DNA of 32,000 nt, from the NCBI RefSeq assembly GCF_000195955.2, contig NC_000962.3, forward strand, positions 810,001-842,000. Direction: 5' to 3'. The number at the start of each line of letters is the position of its first letter. Positions within the stretch are counted from its first letter, which is position 1. This DNA comes from Mycobacterium tuberculosis H37Rv. Its GTDB lineage: Bacteria > Actinomycetota > Actinomycetes > Mycobacteriales > Mycobacteriaceae. The notes under the pieces were generated by a model. It was not told the DNA's origin and did no database searches. It saw nothing but the letters and a program-made list of their open reading frames with translations. Below, one piece after another: positions 12,866-22,356 of the stretch. A program made the translations under genes and the position numbers.

Positions 12866-13594
12866 ATGCATGGCGCAAGAACTGGTGTGTCGTTCTACGC
12901 TTATGCAATGACAGATCACGACCAGACCGCGGCCCGTCGAGAGATCGCCGATGCCCTGCTCGCCGCGCTGGAACGTCGGCATGAGGTCGCAGACGCCATC
13001 GTGGAGGCCGCCAACAAGGCCGCCGCCGTCGAGGCGATCGTGAACTTGCTGGGCACCTCGCACTTGGCCGCCGAAGCGGTGATGAGCATGTCTTTCGATC
13101 AGCTCACCCAGGATGCGCGCACAAAGATCATCGCCGAGCTCGACGACCTGAACAAACAGCTGAGCTTCACCGTCAAGGAGCGTCCAGCCAGCTCTGGTGA
13201 GGGCCTGGAGCTGCGGCCGTTCTCCCCAGATGAGGACCGCGACATCTTCGCTCGACGAACCGAAGAAATGGGCGCCGCCGGCGATGGATCCGGGGGACCC
13301 GCCGGCAGCGTCGACGACGAGATCCGAGCCGCACAGAAGCGCGTCGACGACGAGGAGGCGGCTTGGTTCGTGGCTGTTGATTCCGGCGTCAAGGTCGGGA
13401 TGGTGTTCGGCGAGCTTGTCCACGGCGAGGTGGACGTCCGGATCTGGATTCACCCCGATCATCGAAAAAAGGGTTACGGAACCGCGGCATTGCGCAAGTC
13501 GCGCTCGGAGATGGCCTGGGCGTTCCCGGCCGTGCCGATGGTCGCCCGCGCGCCCGCGGCCCAACCCGCCCAGCCGGGAAGTGCCGGCCGGTAG
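12866..13594 (+). CDS. GCN5-related N-acetyltransferase (Rv0730-like) with a GyrA-like helical N-terminal segment
   Basis: LELRPFSPDEDRDIFARR...AAWFVAVDSGVKVGMVFGELVHGEVDVRIWIHPDHRKKGYGTAALRKSRSEM (GNAT motif A). Confidence 0.8.
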   Translation: MHGARTGVSFYAYAMTDHDQTAARREIADALLAALERRHEVADAIVEAANKAAAVEAIVNLLGTSHLAAEAVMSMSFDQLTQDARTKIIAELDDLNKQLSFTVKERPASSGEGLELRPFSPDEDRDIFARRTEEMGAAGDGSGGPAGSVDDEIRAAQKRVDDEEAAWFVAVDSGVKVGMVFGELVHGEVDVRIWIHPDHRKKGYGTAALRKSRSEMAWAFPAVPMVARAPAAQPAQPGSAGR

Positions 13595-13682
13595 CATCCG
13601 GTTCGGTCTGGCAGGCGGTCGCCAGGCCGATCGGCGGCGAATCCGCGGCGCCAACGCTGCCGCCGGATCCCAACTGGCTTAA

Positions 13683-14639
13683 TCAGCGTGTGTCTTGGTG
13701 TTTCTGCTTCAGTTCGGCGGAGACATAGATCACCTCGCCGAACGGGGCGTCGTCGCCGTCGATCGGCGGCAGTCCGTGTTCAGCCAGCAAGTCGGTGGTG
13801 CTCGCGCTGGCGGTTCGCCAGCCGTGGTCGGCCAGATAGGTCCGCGCGTCCGTGCGGTCGCCGAAATACACCAGGCCCGACATGTCGAGGTCGAGGCCAT
13901 GGCGCCTGAACCGCTCCGCCAGGCGCCGCATGCGTCCCCGCAGTTCTTCTTCGTTGAGCCGATTGATGTCGCGCAGGACTTCGGTGGCGAACTGGCTGCC
14001 CGGTACGCTCTGGGCGGTGATCTGGTCAAGCAGCCGGTCCTGCGCCTCGGCGGACAGATAGCCCAGCAGCCCCTCGGCGATCCAGGCGGTCCGCTGCGCG
14101 TTGTCAAAGCCGGCTTTTTGCAGGGCGGTGGGCCAGTCGTCGCGCAAATCGACCGCCACGGTGCGCCGGTCGGTCGTGGGTGCCGCACCCAGGCCGGCCA
14201 GCGTCGTGGTCTTGAAGTCGATCACCTGCGGCTGATCGACTTCGAAGACGATGGTGCCGGCTGGCCAGCGCAGCCGGTAGGCGCGGGAATCCAGGCCGGA
14301 AGCCAAGATGACGGCCTGCCGAATCCCGGCTCGGGTGGCATCCAGAAAGAAGTTGTCGAAGTAGTGAGTGCGAATGGCCATCGCGTCGGCGAACCGCCGC
14401 AGGCCGTTGGCCTCGTCTTCGGCTAGCTCGTCGGGATCCAGTTCGCCACTGGCCATGCGTACGAAGAAGTCGACGCCGACCGCGCGGACCAGCGGTTCCG
14501 CGAACTGGTCGTTGACCAGCGCGCCGGGAGCCCGGCCGGCTACCGCTCGGGCCGCCGCCACCATGGTGGCCGTCAAACCCACACTGGACGCCAAGTCCCA
14601 CGAATCGCCCTCAAAGCGGGCACTGCCCGTTTGCGTCAT
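13683..14639 (-). CDS. Class I SAM-dependent methyltransferase (Rv0731c-like)
   Basis: [36 protein letters not shown]; [36 protein letters not shown]; 318 aa. Confidence 0.93.
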   Translation of the reverse strand: MTQTGSARFEGDSWDLASSVGLTATMVAAARAVAGRAPGALVNDQFAEPLVRAVGVDFFVRMASGELDPDELAEDEANGLRRFADAMAIRTHYFDNFFLDATRAGIRQAVILASGLDSRAYRLRWPAGTIVFEVDQPQVIDFKTTTLAGLGAAPTTDRRTVAVDLRDDWPTALQKAGFDNAQRTAWIAEGLLGYLSAEAQDRLLDQITAQSVPGSQFATEVLRDINRLNEEELRGRMRRLAERFRRHGLDLDMSGLVYFGDRTDARTYLADHGWRTASASTTDLLAEHGLPPIDGDDAPFGEVIYVSAELKQKHQDTR

Positions 14640-14799
14640 CTGTAACCCCTTCGATAGCTCGCACCGTGGCGGCCCGGAACGGGCCAGTCCATACCAGCTG
14701 TTAGTCTCTTACACGATTTGGCGCGCGACGCCGTACGTCCTGGCCTGCGGGTGTTGGGCGCGTGATGCAAGATGACCCCGGGCTGCGCAGGAGGATAGA

Positions 14800-16125
14800 G
14801 TGCTTTCGGCTTTCATCTCGTCGCTGCGAACAGTCGACTTGAGACGAAAGATCCTCTTCACGCTGGGCATCGTCATTCTCTACCGTGTCGGTGCCGCGCT
14901 GCCGTCCCCCGGTGTCAATTTTCCGAACGTGCAGCAGTGCATCAAAGAAGCCAGCGCGGGCGAAGCCGGACAGATCTATTCCCTGATCAACCTGTTCTCC
15001 GGCGGTGCGTTATTAAAGCTCACGGTGTTCGCGGTGGGGGTGATGCCCTACATCACCGCCAGCATCATCGTGCAGCTGCTCACCGTGGTCATCCCGAGGT
15101 TCGAGGAACTCCGGAAGGAAGGCCAGGCGGGTCAGTCGAAGATGACCCAGTACACCCGTTACCTAGCGATCGCGTTGGCTATCCTTCAAGCCACCAGCAT
15201 CGTGGCGTTGGCTGCCAACGGCGGGTTGCTACAAGGTTGCTCGCTGGACATCATCGCCGACCAGAGCATTTTCACACTGGTCGTCATCGTGCTCGTGATG
15301 ACGGGCGGCGCCGCGTTGGTGATGTGGATGGGCGAGTTGATCACCGAACGCGGCATCGGCAACGGCATGTCGCTGCTGATCTTCGTTGGCATCGCTGCCC
15401 GCATCCCGGCCGAAGGTCAAAGCATCCTGGAAAGCCGCGGTGGAGTCGTCTTCACCGCGGTCTGCGCGGCCGCGTTGATCATCATCGTCGGTGTGGTGTT
15501 CGTCGAACAGGGTCAGCGCCGGATTCCAGTGCAATACGCCAAGCGCATGGTGGGCCGGCGGATGTATGGCGGGACTTCGACTTATCTGCCGCTCAAGGTC
15601 AACCAGGCCGGCGTTATCCCGGTTATCTTCGCGTCGTCGCTGATCTACATTCCGCACCTGATCACCCAGCTGATTCGCAGCGGCAGCGGTGTCGTGGGAA
15701 ACAGCTGGTGGGACAAATTCGTCGGCACGTACCTGTCCGACCCGAGCAACCTGGTCTACATCGGCATCTACTTCGGCCTCATCATCTTCTTCACCTACTT
15801 CTACGTGTCGATCACCTTCAACCCCGACGAACGTGCCGACGAGATGAAGAAGTTCGGCGGCTTCATTCCGGGAATTCGGCCGGGCCGTCCGACCGCAGAC
15901 TATCTGCGCTATGTGCTGAGCCGGATTACCTTGCCGGGCTCGATTTACCTCGGCGTGATCGCCGTGCTGCCCAACCTGTTCCTCCAGATCGGCGCCGGTG
16001 GAACCGTGCAGAACCTGCCCTTTGGGGGTACCGCGGTGCTGATCATGATCGGTGTCGGTTTGGATACGGTCAAGCAGATCGAGAGTCAGCTCATGCAGCG
16101 CAACTACGAAGGGTTCCTCAAGTGA
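14800..16125 (+). CDS. secY: Preprotein translocase subunit SecY
   Basis: GTG start; [40 protein letters not shown]; ten hydrophobic segments; 441 aa. Confidence 0.98.
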
Positions 16126-16667
16126 GAGTTTTGTTGCTGGGACCGCCCGGGGCGGGCAAGGGGACGCAGGCGGTGAAGCTGGCCGAGAAGCTCGGGATCC
16201 CGCAGATCTCCACCGGCGAACTCTTCCGGCGCAACATCGAAGAGGGCACCAAGCTCGGCGTGGAAGCCAAACGCTACTTGGATGCCGGTGACTTGGTGCC
16301 GTCCGACTTGACCAATGAACTCGTCGACGACCGGCTGAACAATCCGGACGCGGCCAACGGATTCATCTTGGATGGCTATCCACGCTCGGTCGAGCAGGCC
16401 AAGGCGCTTCACGAGATGCTCGAACGCCGGGGGACCGACATCGACGCGGTGCTGGAGTTTCGTGTGTCCGAGGAGGTGTTGTTGGAGCGACTCAAGGGGC
16501 GTGGCCGCGCCGACGACACCGACGACGTCATCCTCAACCGGATGAAGGTCTACCGCGACGAGACCGCGCCGCTGCTGGAGTACTACCGCGACCAATTGAA
16601 GACCGTCGACGCCGTCGGCACCATGGACGAGGTGTTCGCCCGTGCGTTGCGGGCTCTGGGAAAGTAG
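16122..16667 (+). CDS. adk: Adenylate kinase
   Basis: GTG 16122 overlaps the secY stop; [33 protein letters not shown]; [10 protein letters not shown]; 181 aa. Confidence 0.98.
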
Positions 16668-16669
16668 TC

Positions 16670-17470
16670 ATGCGCCCACTGGCACGGCTGCGGGGTCGCA
16701 GGGTCGTGCCGCAGCGCAGTGCCGGCGAACTCGACGCGATGGCCGCGGCGGGCGCCGTCGTTGCCGCCGCGCTGCGGGCGATCCGTGCGGCAGCGGCTCC
16801 CGGCACATCCAGCCTGAGTCTCGACGAGATCGCCGAGTCGGTGATCCGCGAATCCGGCGCCACCCCGTCGTTTCTGGGCTATCACGGCTACCCGGCCTCG
16901 ATCTGCGCGTCGATCAACGACCGGGTGGTTCATGGCATCCCGTCGACCGCCGAGGTGCTCGCGCCCGGTGATCTGGTATCCATCGACTGCGGTGCGGTGC
17001 TGGACGGTTGGCATGGCGATGCGGCGATCACTTTCGGGGTTGGCGCCCTGAGCGACGCCGACGAAGCGCTGTCGGAGGCGACAAGGGAATCGCTTCAGGC
17101 CGGCATCGCCGCGATGGTGGTCGGCAATCGGTTGACCGACGTCGCGCATGCCATCGAAACGGGTACCCGTGCCGCCGAGCTCCGTTATGGACGCTCGTTC
17201 GGGATCGTCGCCGGTTACGGGGGCCACGGCATCGGCCGCCAGATGCATATGGATCCGTTCTTGCCGAACGAGGGTGCGCCGGGGCGCGGTCCGCTGCTGG
17301 CTGCCGGCTCGGTGCTGGCCATCGAACCGATGCTGACCCTCGGTACCACCAAAACGGTGGTGCTCGACGACAAATGGACGGTCACGACCGCCGATGGGTC
17401 ACGTGCGGCACACTGGGAACACACCGTGGCGGTAACCGACGACGGGCCCCGAATTCTGACGCTCGGTTAG
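16670..17470 (+). CDS. mapA: Type I methionine aminopeptidase
   Basis: [39 protein letters not shown]; [23 protein letters not shown]; [16 protein letters not shown]. Confidence 0.97.
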
Positions 17471-17494
17471 CGCGGCTGCCGGCGCGGGCAGTGG

Positions 17495-17522
17495 TGAACC
17501 AAACTCTTACTCGACTCGTGTC
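17495..17522 (+). promoter_or_regulatory. Probable SigL-dependent (autoregulatory) promoter
   Basis: -35 TGAACC (17495-17500), 16 nt spacer, -10 CGTGTC (17517-17522); about 20 nt upstream of the sigL GTG; matches the reported SigL consensus as I recall it. Confidence 0.7.
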
Positions 17523-17542
17523 AGTAAGCGGGAGGTGATCGC

Positions 17543-18076
17543 GTGGCTCGTGTGTCGGGCGCCGCGGCCGCTGAAGCCGCGTTGATGAGGGCGCTCTACG
17601 ACGAGCATGCCGCCGTGTTGTGGCGTTACGCGCTGCGCTTGACCGGGGATGCGGCCCAAGCCGAAGACGTCGTCCAAGAGACGCTGTTGCGGGCGTGGCA
17701 GCATCCGGAGGTGATCGGCGACACCGCGCGGCCGGCAAGGGCGTGGTTGTTCACCGTCGCGCGCAACATGATCATCGACGAGCGGCGCAGCGCCCGGTTC
17801 CGCAATGTGGTCGGTTCGACCGACCAATCGGGCACACCCGAGCAGTCGACGCCGGACGAGGTGAACGCCGCACTGGATCGGCTGCTGATCGCCGATGCGC
17901 TGGCCCAACTGTCCGCCGAGCATAGGGCCGTGATCCAGCGGTCCTACTACCGCGGATGGTCGACCGCACAGATTGCCACCGACCTCGGAATTGCCGAAGG
18001 AACGGTGAAGTCGCGATTGCACTACGCCGTGCGCGCGTTGCGGCTCACTCTGCAGGAACTGGGAGTTACTCGATGA
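17543..18076 (+). CDS. sigL: ECF RNA polymerase sigma factor SigL
   Basis: LWRYALRLTGDAAQAEDVVQETLLRAWQHPEV (sigma region 2); LSAEHRAVIQRSYYRGWSTAQIATDLGIAEGTVKSRLHYAVRALRL (region 4). Confidence 0.97.
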   Translation: MARVSGAAAAEAALMRALYDEHAAVLWRYALRLTGDAAQAEDVVQETLLRAWQHPEVIGDTARPARAWLFTVARNMIIDERRSARFRNVVGSTDQSGTPEQSTPDEVNAALDRLLIADALAQLSAEHRAVIQRSYYRGWSTAQIATDLGIAEGTVKSRLHYAVRALRLTLQELGVTR

Positions 18077-18139
18077 CGGCAGAGCCCATTCGCATGGCTG
18101 CCGGCTCCGGATACGTGAGGGTGACAGGAGAGAGATGAC

Positions 18140-18892
18140 ATGACGATGCCGCTACGAGGACTTGGCCCGCCCGATGACACCGGTGTGCGCGAGGTGTCGA
18201 CGGGTGATGATCACCACTACGCGATGTGGGATGCAGCTTACGTGTTGGGAGCATTGTCTGCGGCCGACCGCCGCGAATTCGAAGCGCACCTGGCCGGTTG
18301 CCCCGAATGCCGGGGGGCCGTCACCGAACTCTGCGGGGTGCCCGCCCTGCTGTCCCAGCTCGATCGTGACGAAGTGGCCGCGATTAGCGAATCCGCCCCG
18401 ACTGTGGTGGCTTCGGGGCTGTCGCCGGAGTTGTTGCCGTCGTTGCTGGCGGCGGTGCACAGGCGTCGGCGCCGTACCCGGCTGATCACCTGGGTGGCCT
18501 CGTCCGCCGCTGCCGCGGTGCTGGCGATCGGTGTGCTAGTCGGTGTGCAGGGCCACTCCGCGGCACCGCAGCGGGCGGCCGTGTCGGCGCTGCCGATGGC
18601 CCAGGTCGGCACGCAGCTGTTGGCGTCCACGGTGTCGATCAGCGGCGAGCCTTGGGGGACGTTCATCAACCTGCGGTGCGTCTGCCTGGCGCCGCCGTAT
18701 GCTTCCCACGACACGCTGGCCATGGTTGTGGTGGGTCGTGACGGCAGCCAGACACGGCTGGCGACTTGGTTGGCCGAACCCGGTCACACCGCGACACCCG
18801 CCGGCAGCATTTCGACACCGGTTGACCAGATCGCCGCCGTGCAAGTGGTTGCCGCCGATACCGGCCAGGTTCTGCTGCAGCGTTCGCTCTAA
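18140..18892 (+). CDS. rslA: Zinc-associated anti-sigma factor for SigL
   Basis: H..C..C anti-sigma motif in FEAHLAGCPECRGAVTELCG; TM segment ASSAAAAVLAIGVLVGVQG; downstream of sigL. Confidence 0.95.
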   Translation: MTMPLRGLGPPDDTGVREVSTGDDHHYAMWDAAYVLGALSAADRREFEAHLAGCPECRGAVTELCGVPALLSQLDRDEVAAISESAPTVVASGLSPELLPSLLAAVHRRRRRTRLITWVASSAAAAVLAIGVLVGVQGHSAAPQRAAVSALPMAQVGTQLLASTVSISGEPWGTFINLRCVCLAPPYASHDTLAMVVVGRDGSQTRLATWLAEPGHTATPAGSISTPVDQIAAVQVVAADTGQVLLQRSL

Positions 18893-19206
18893 GACTGAGC
18901 TTTAGGCACCTGGCGCCCTGCTATTGGCACGCCCTACAAGCACCAGGTGGTCGGGCGTCGACCACCTGCTCGGAGTGGGCTGCATGATGCCGCGCATCTT
19001 CAGTCGTCGATCACCGTGGTGCTGGCCAAACACGAGTTCTCCGCTGCCACGGTGGCCGACGGGTACAGCCGCAGCGGGGCCGGGTTCGGGGTCGCGGCGG
19101 CGGCCTCCGGTGGCGGCACTTTCCTCGGTCAGAAATGCGCCGCAGCAACGGCAAGCTGAATTCCGTAAGGTTGGCCCGCGTCGACGCATGTGCGATAAGA
19201 AGGGGC

Positions 19207-19704
19207 GTGGCCTCAGATAATCGCGACCCCATCGCCGCAGCACGGGCCAACTGGGAGCGTTCCGGGTGGGGTGATGTGTCGCTAGGCATGGTGGCGGTGA
19301 CGTCGGTGATGCGTGCGCATCAGATTCTGCTGGCCCGCGTCGAGACGGCGCTGCGCCCCTATGACCTGAGTTTCTCCCGCTTCGAGCTGCTGCGGCTGCT
19401 GGCGTTCAGCCGTATCGGAGCGCTACCGATCACCAAAGCGTCGGACCGATTGCAGGTTCACGTGACCAGCGTCACCCACGCGATCCGCCGGCTGGAGGCC
19501 GATGGATTGGTGCGGCGGGTTCCGCACCCCACCGACGGGCGGACCACACTGGTGCAGATCACCGAGCTGGGTCGCTCCACGGTCGAGGACGCCACCGTCA
19601 CCCTCAACGAGCAGGTGTTCGCCAACGTTGGGATGGGCGCCGAGGAATCGCAGGCGCTGGTGTCGGCCGTCGAAACGTTGCGGCGCAACGCCGGCGACTT
19701 TTGA
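19207..19704 (+). CDS. MarR-family transcriptional regulator (Rv0737-like)
   Basis: LSFSRFELLRLLAFSRIGALPITKASDRLQVHVTSVTHAIRRLEADGLVRRVPHPTDGRTTLVQIT; GTG start chosen within ORF 19135..19704. Confidence 0.92.
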   Translation: MASDNRDPIAAARANWERSGWGDVSLGMVAVTSVMRAHQILLARVETALRPYDLSFSRFELLRLLAFSRIGALPITKASDRLQVHVTSVTHAIRRLEADGLVRRVPHPTDGRTTLVQITELGRSTVEDATVTLNEQVFANVGMGAEESQALVSAVETLRRNAGDF

Positions 19705-19707
19705 GGG

Positions 19708-19765
19708 CGGGCAGACGCGTAAGCGCCCAATGTCGTGCCGAAATGGGCGCTTATGCGTCTGCTCG
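19708..19765. repeat. Dispersed inverted-repeat / terminator-like element, copy 2
   Basis: CGGGCAGACGCGTAAGCGCCCA (19708-19729) pairs with TGGGCGCTTATGCGTCTGCTCG (19744-19765) at 20/22 positions; starts 4 nt after the Rv0737-like stop. Confidence 0.8.
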
Positions 19766-19774
19766 CGCCCGGCT

Positions 19775-19913
19775 TGGCGCGCAGCCGGCGACATTCCATG
19801 ACCAGTTTGTGCGGGCCTTGACGCGGGCGCGGGCTCGTATGCGACCGCCGAGGCCGGCCGGCTTGCTGCTGGGCAATGGCGGGGCTCGGCGGTATCCGGC
19901 GGCGGGCAGCTAA
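19775..19913 (+). pseudogene. PE_PGRS relic (internal PE segment joined to a PGRS-like GLLLGNGG)
   Basis: [36 protein letters not shown] resembles PE [27 protein letters not shown] and [13 protein letters not shown]; near-identical DNA at 23190-23260. Confidence 0.7.
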
Positions 19914-20061
19914 CCGGACTGCCCCGAAACCCACTGCGTGGTCAACGATTTCAGGACAAGCTGTTAGCAGGACGTGCCCGCGCTGCGCTATCCAAAAACG
20001 TCATGGGCACGCATGATGGTGAAATGCGGCGGACACCAATTCAACCGCGAAAGGCAGGACA

Positions 20062-20610
20062 GTGGACCCACTGATGGCTCACCAGCGCGCTCAGGACGCG
20101 TTCGCCGCGCTCCTGGCCAACGTCCGCGCTGACCAGCTCGGCGGCCCCACGCCCTGCTCGGAGTGGACGATCAACGATCTGATCGAGCACGTCGTCGGCG
20201 GCAACGAGCAGGTCGGGCGATGGGCGGCCAGCCCCATCGAGCCACCCGCCCGGCCCGATGGCCTCGTTGCCGCCCACCAAGCCGCGGCCGCGGTCGCCCA
20301 CGAGATCTTCGCGGCGCCGGGCGGGATGTCCGCCACATTCAAGCTGCCGTTGGGCGAGGTTCCCGGGCAGGTGTTCATCGGGTTACGCACCACCGATGTG
20401 CTGACCCACGCGTGGGATCTTGCCGCCGCCACCGGCCAATCCACCGATCTTGATCCCGAGTTGGCCGTCGAGCGGCTCGCCGCCGCGCGTGCCTTGGTGG
20501 GGCCGCAGTTCCGCGGGCCGGGAAAGCCCTTCGCGGACGAGAAGCCTTGCCCGCGTGAGCGCCCGCCCGCCGATCAGCTGGCGGCATTTTTGGGCCGCAC
20601 GGTGCGGTGA
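20062..20610 (+). CDS. TIGR03086-type metal-binding / mycothiol-dependent maleylpyruvate isomerase-like (DinB superfamily) protein (Rv0738-like)
   Basis: RAQDAFAALLANVRADQLGGPTPCSEWTINDLIEHVVGG; DVLTHAWDLAAATG. Confidence 0.85.
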   Translation: MDPLMAHQRAQDAFAALLANVRADQLGGPTPCSEWTINDLIEHVVGGNEQVGRWAASPIEPPARPDGLVAAHQAAAAVAHEIFAAPGGMSATFKLPLGEVPGQVFIGLRTTDVLTHAWDLAAATGQSTDLDPELAVERLAAARALVGPQFRGPGKPFADEKPCPRERPPADQLAAFLGRTVR

Positions 20611-20619
20611 ACCCGCGAA

Positions 20620-20770
20620 TTCGGCTGCCGCGCAACGTGTGGATCACCGCGCTGCGGTCCAGGGCGCCGTGGTCGGCGGCGAATCTGGCGTAGATTTCGG
20701 CGGGGTGGCCACCTAGCGGCGCCGCCGCACCGGTCGAGGCCACCGCTTCCATGGCCAGGCCCACATCTTG
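20620..20770 (-). pseudogene. C-terminal relic resembling 3-hydroxyisobutyrate dehydrogenase, copy A
   Basis: Minus-strand reading DVGLAMEAVASTGAAAPLGGHPAEIYARFAADHGALDRSAVIHTLRGSRI. Confidence 0.6.
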
Positions 20771-20854
20771 ATCGGCGTGGTGGCCACGCCCGGTGTGAAG
20801 TGCTGTTGGCCGTGATGTCGGATTACAGTCTCGGCGTGCCCGACGAGACAGGCC

Positions 20855-21661
20855 TTGGTGCTGACGCGGCGCGCGCGTGAAGTGGCGCTGACACAGCACA
20901 TTGGGGTATCCGCGGAGACCGATCGGGCCGTCGTCCCCAAGCTGCGCCAGGCCTATGACAGCCTGGTGTGCGGTCGCCGCCGGCTTGGCGCCATTGGAGC
21001 CGAGATCGAGAACGCGGTGGCCCATCAGCGCGCGCTGGGCCTTGACACCCCGGCCGGTGCCCGTAACTTCTCCCGGTTTCTCGCCACCAAAGCACACGAC
21101 ATCACGCGAGTGCTGGCAGCAACCGCCGCGGAATCCCAGGCCGGCGCGGCGCGGTTGCGATCCCTGGCTTCGTCCTATCAGGCTGTGGGATTTGGCCCCA
21201 AACCCCAGGAGCCGCCTCCGGATCCAGTGCCATTTCCGCCCTACCAGCCGAAGGTGTGGGCGGCGTGCCGGGCGCGTGGCCAAGACCCGGACAAGGTCGT
21301 CAGGACGTTCCATCACGCGCCGATGAGCGCGAGATTCCGCTCGCTACCGGCCGGAGACTCCGTGTTGTACTGCGGCAATGACAAGTACGGGCTGCTGCAC
21401 ATTCAGGCCAAGCATGGACGCCAATGGCACGATATTGCGGATGCACGATGGCCGAGTGCAGGCAATTGGCGCTATCTCGCCGATTACGCAATCGGTGCCA
21501 CACTGGCCTACCCGGAGCGAGTGGAGTACAACCAAGACAACGACACGTTCGCCGTATACCGGAGAATGTCGTTGCCAGACGGCAGATACGTTTTCACAAC
21601 CCGCGTCATTATTTCGGCACGCGACGGGAAGATCATTACGGCCTTCCCGCAGACGACGTGA
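20855..21661 (+). CDS. Conserved hypothetical (Rv0739-like); helical N-domain, Pro-rich hinge, compact C-terminal domain; candidate secreted polymorphic toxin
   Basis: 268 aa; hinge FGPKPQEPPPDPVPFPPYQPKVW; C-domain YGLLHIQAKHGRQWHDIA...GRYVFTTRVIISARDGKIITAFPQTT. Confidence 0.75.
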   Translation: MVLTRRAREVALTQHIGVSAETDRAVVPKLRQAYDSLVCGRRRLGAIGAEIENAVAHQRALGLDTPAGARNFSRFLATKAHDITRVLAATAAESQAGAARLRSLASSYQAVGFGPKPQEPPPDPVPFPPYQPKVWAACRARGQDPDKVVRTFHHAPMSARFRSLPAGDSVLYCGNDKYGLLHIQAKHGRQWHDIADARWPSAGNWRYLADYAIGATLAYPERVEYNQDNDTFAVYRRMSLPDGRYVFTTRVIISARDGKIITAFPQTT

Positions 21662-21775
21662 TGCGTCGGTTGGGAACTAAGGGAAGGTGATGGCGTGACC
21701 GGGCCACCGCGAAGCTATACAGGGCGCCGGGATCTCATCGCGGAGAAGCTGGAGCCGTACTTTCAGATCAGCGCC

Positions 21776-22303
21776 ATGCTGCCGAAGAACACCAGACCCA
21801 CCTCGGAAACCGCCGAAGAGTTCTGGGACAACTCGCTGTGGTGCAGCTGGGGCGACCGAGAAACGGGATACACCCGCACCGTCACGGTTTCGATCTGCCA
21901 GGTGGCGGACGGCGAACGTGAGGCCGAAGGGGTTCGGGACATGATGCGGCTGGAGTGTCCGGCTGGGCTGGATCTACGGACACCCAACCCGGAGGCATAC
22001 GAGATTACCGGTCAGCGGCCCGGAGAATTCGTGTTCGTGCTCGGCTATCTGGGGCATGTGCGGGCCATCGTGGGCAACTGTTACATCGAGATCATGCCGA
22101 TGGGCACCAGGGTCGAGCTGAGCAAGTTGGCCGATGTGGCATTGGATATCGGCCGCAGTGTCGGATGCTCGGCCTACGAGAACGACTTCACGCTGCCGGA
22201 CATTCCAACGCAGTGGCGCAACCAGCCGCTGGGCTGGTACACGCAAGGCCTTGCCCCCTACCTGCCGGGGCTGTCGGACCCGAAAGACGCCGCCGAGGGC
22301 TGA
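21776..22303 (+). CDS. Conserved hypothetical (Rv0740-like); candidate partner/immunity of 20855-21661
   Basis: 175 aa from ATG 21776 within ORF 21695..22303; co-oriented and closely spaced. Confidence 0.7.
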
Positions 22304-22328
22304 TGGGTGTGCCGGCGACCTCTGAGGG

Positions 22329-22350
22329 CGAGCAGACGCATAAGCGCCCA
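22329..22350. repeat. Dispersed inverted-repeat element, copy 3 (left arm only)
   Basis: CGAGCAGACGCATAAGCGCCCA is the exact reverse complement of the copy 2 right arm; interrupted 6 nt later by the IS end. Confidence 0.8.
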
Positions 22351-22356
22351 ATTTCG

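Noticed and set aside
14937-16667. 576 aa ORF overlapping secY and continuing into adk
   Set aside because: Only the last 181 aa (adk frame) are meaningful; the upstream part is out-of-frame secY shadow.
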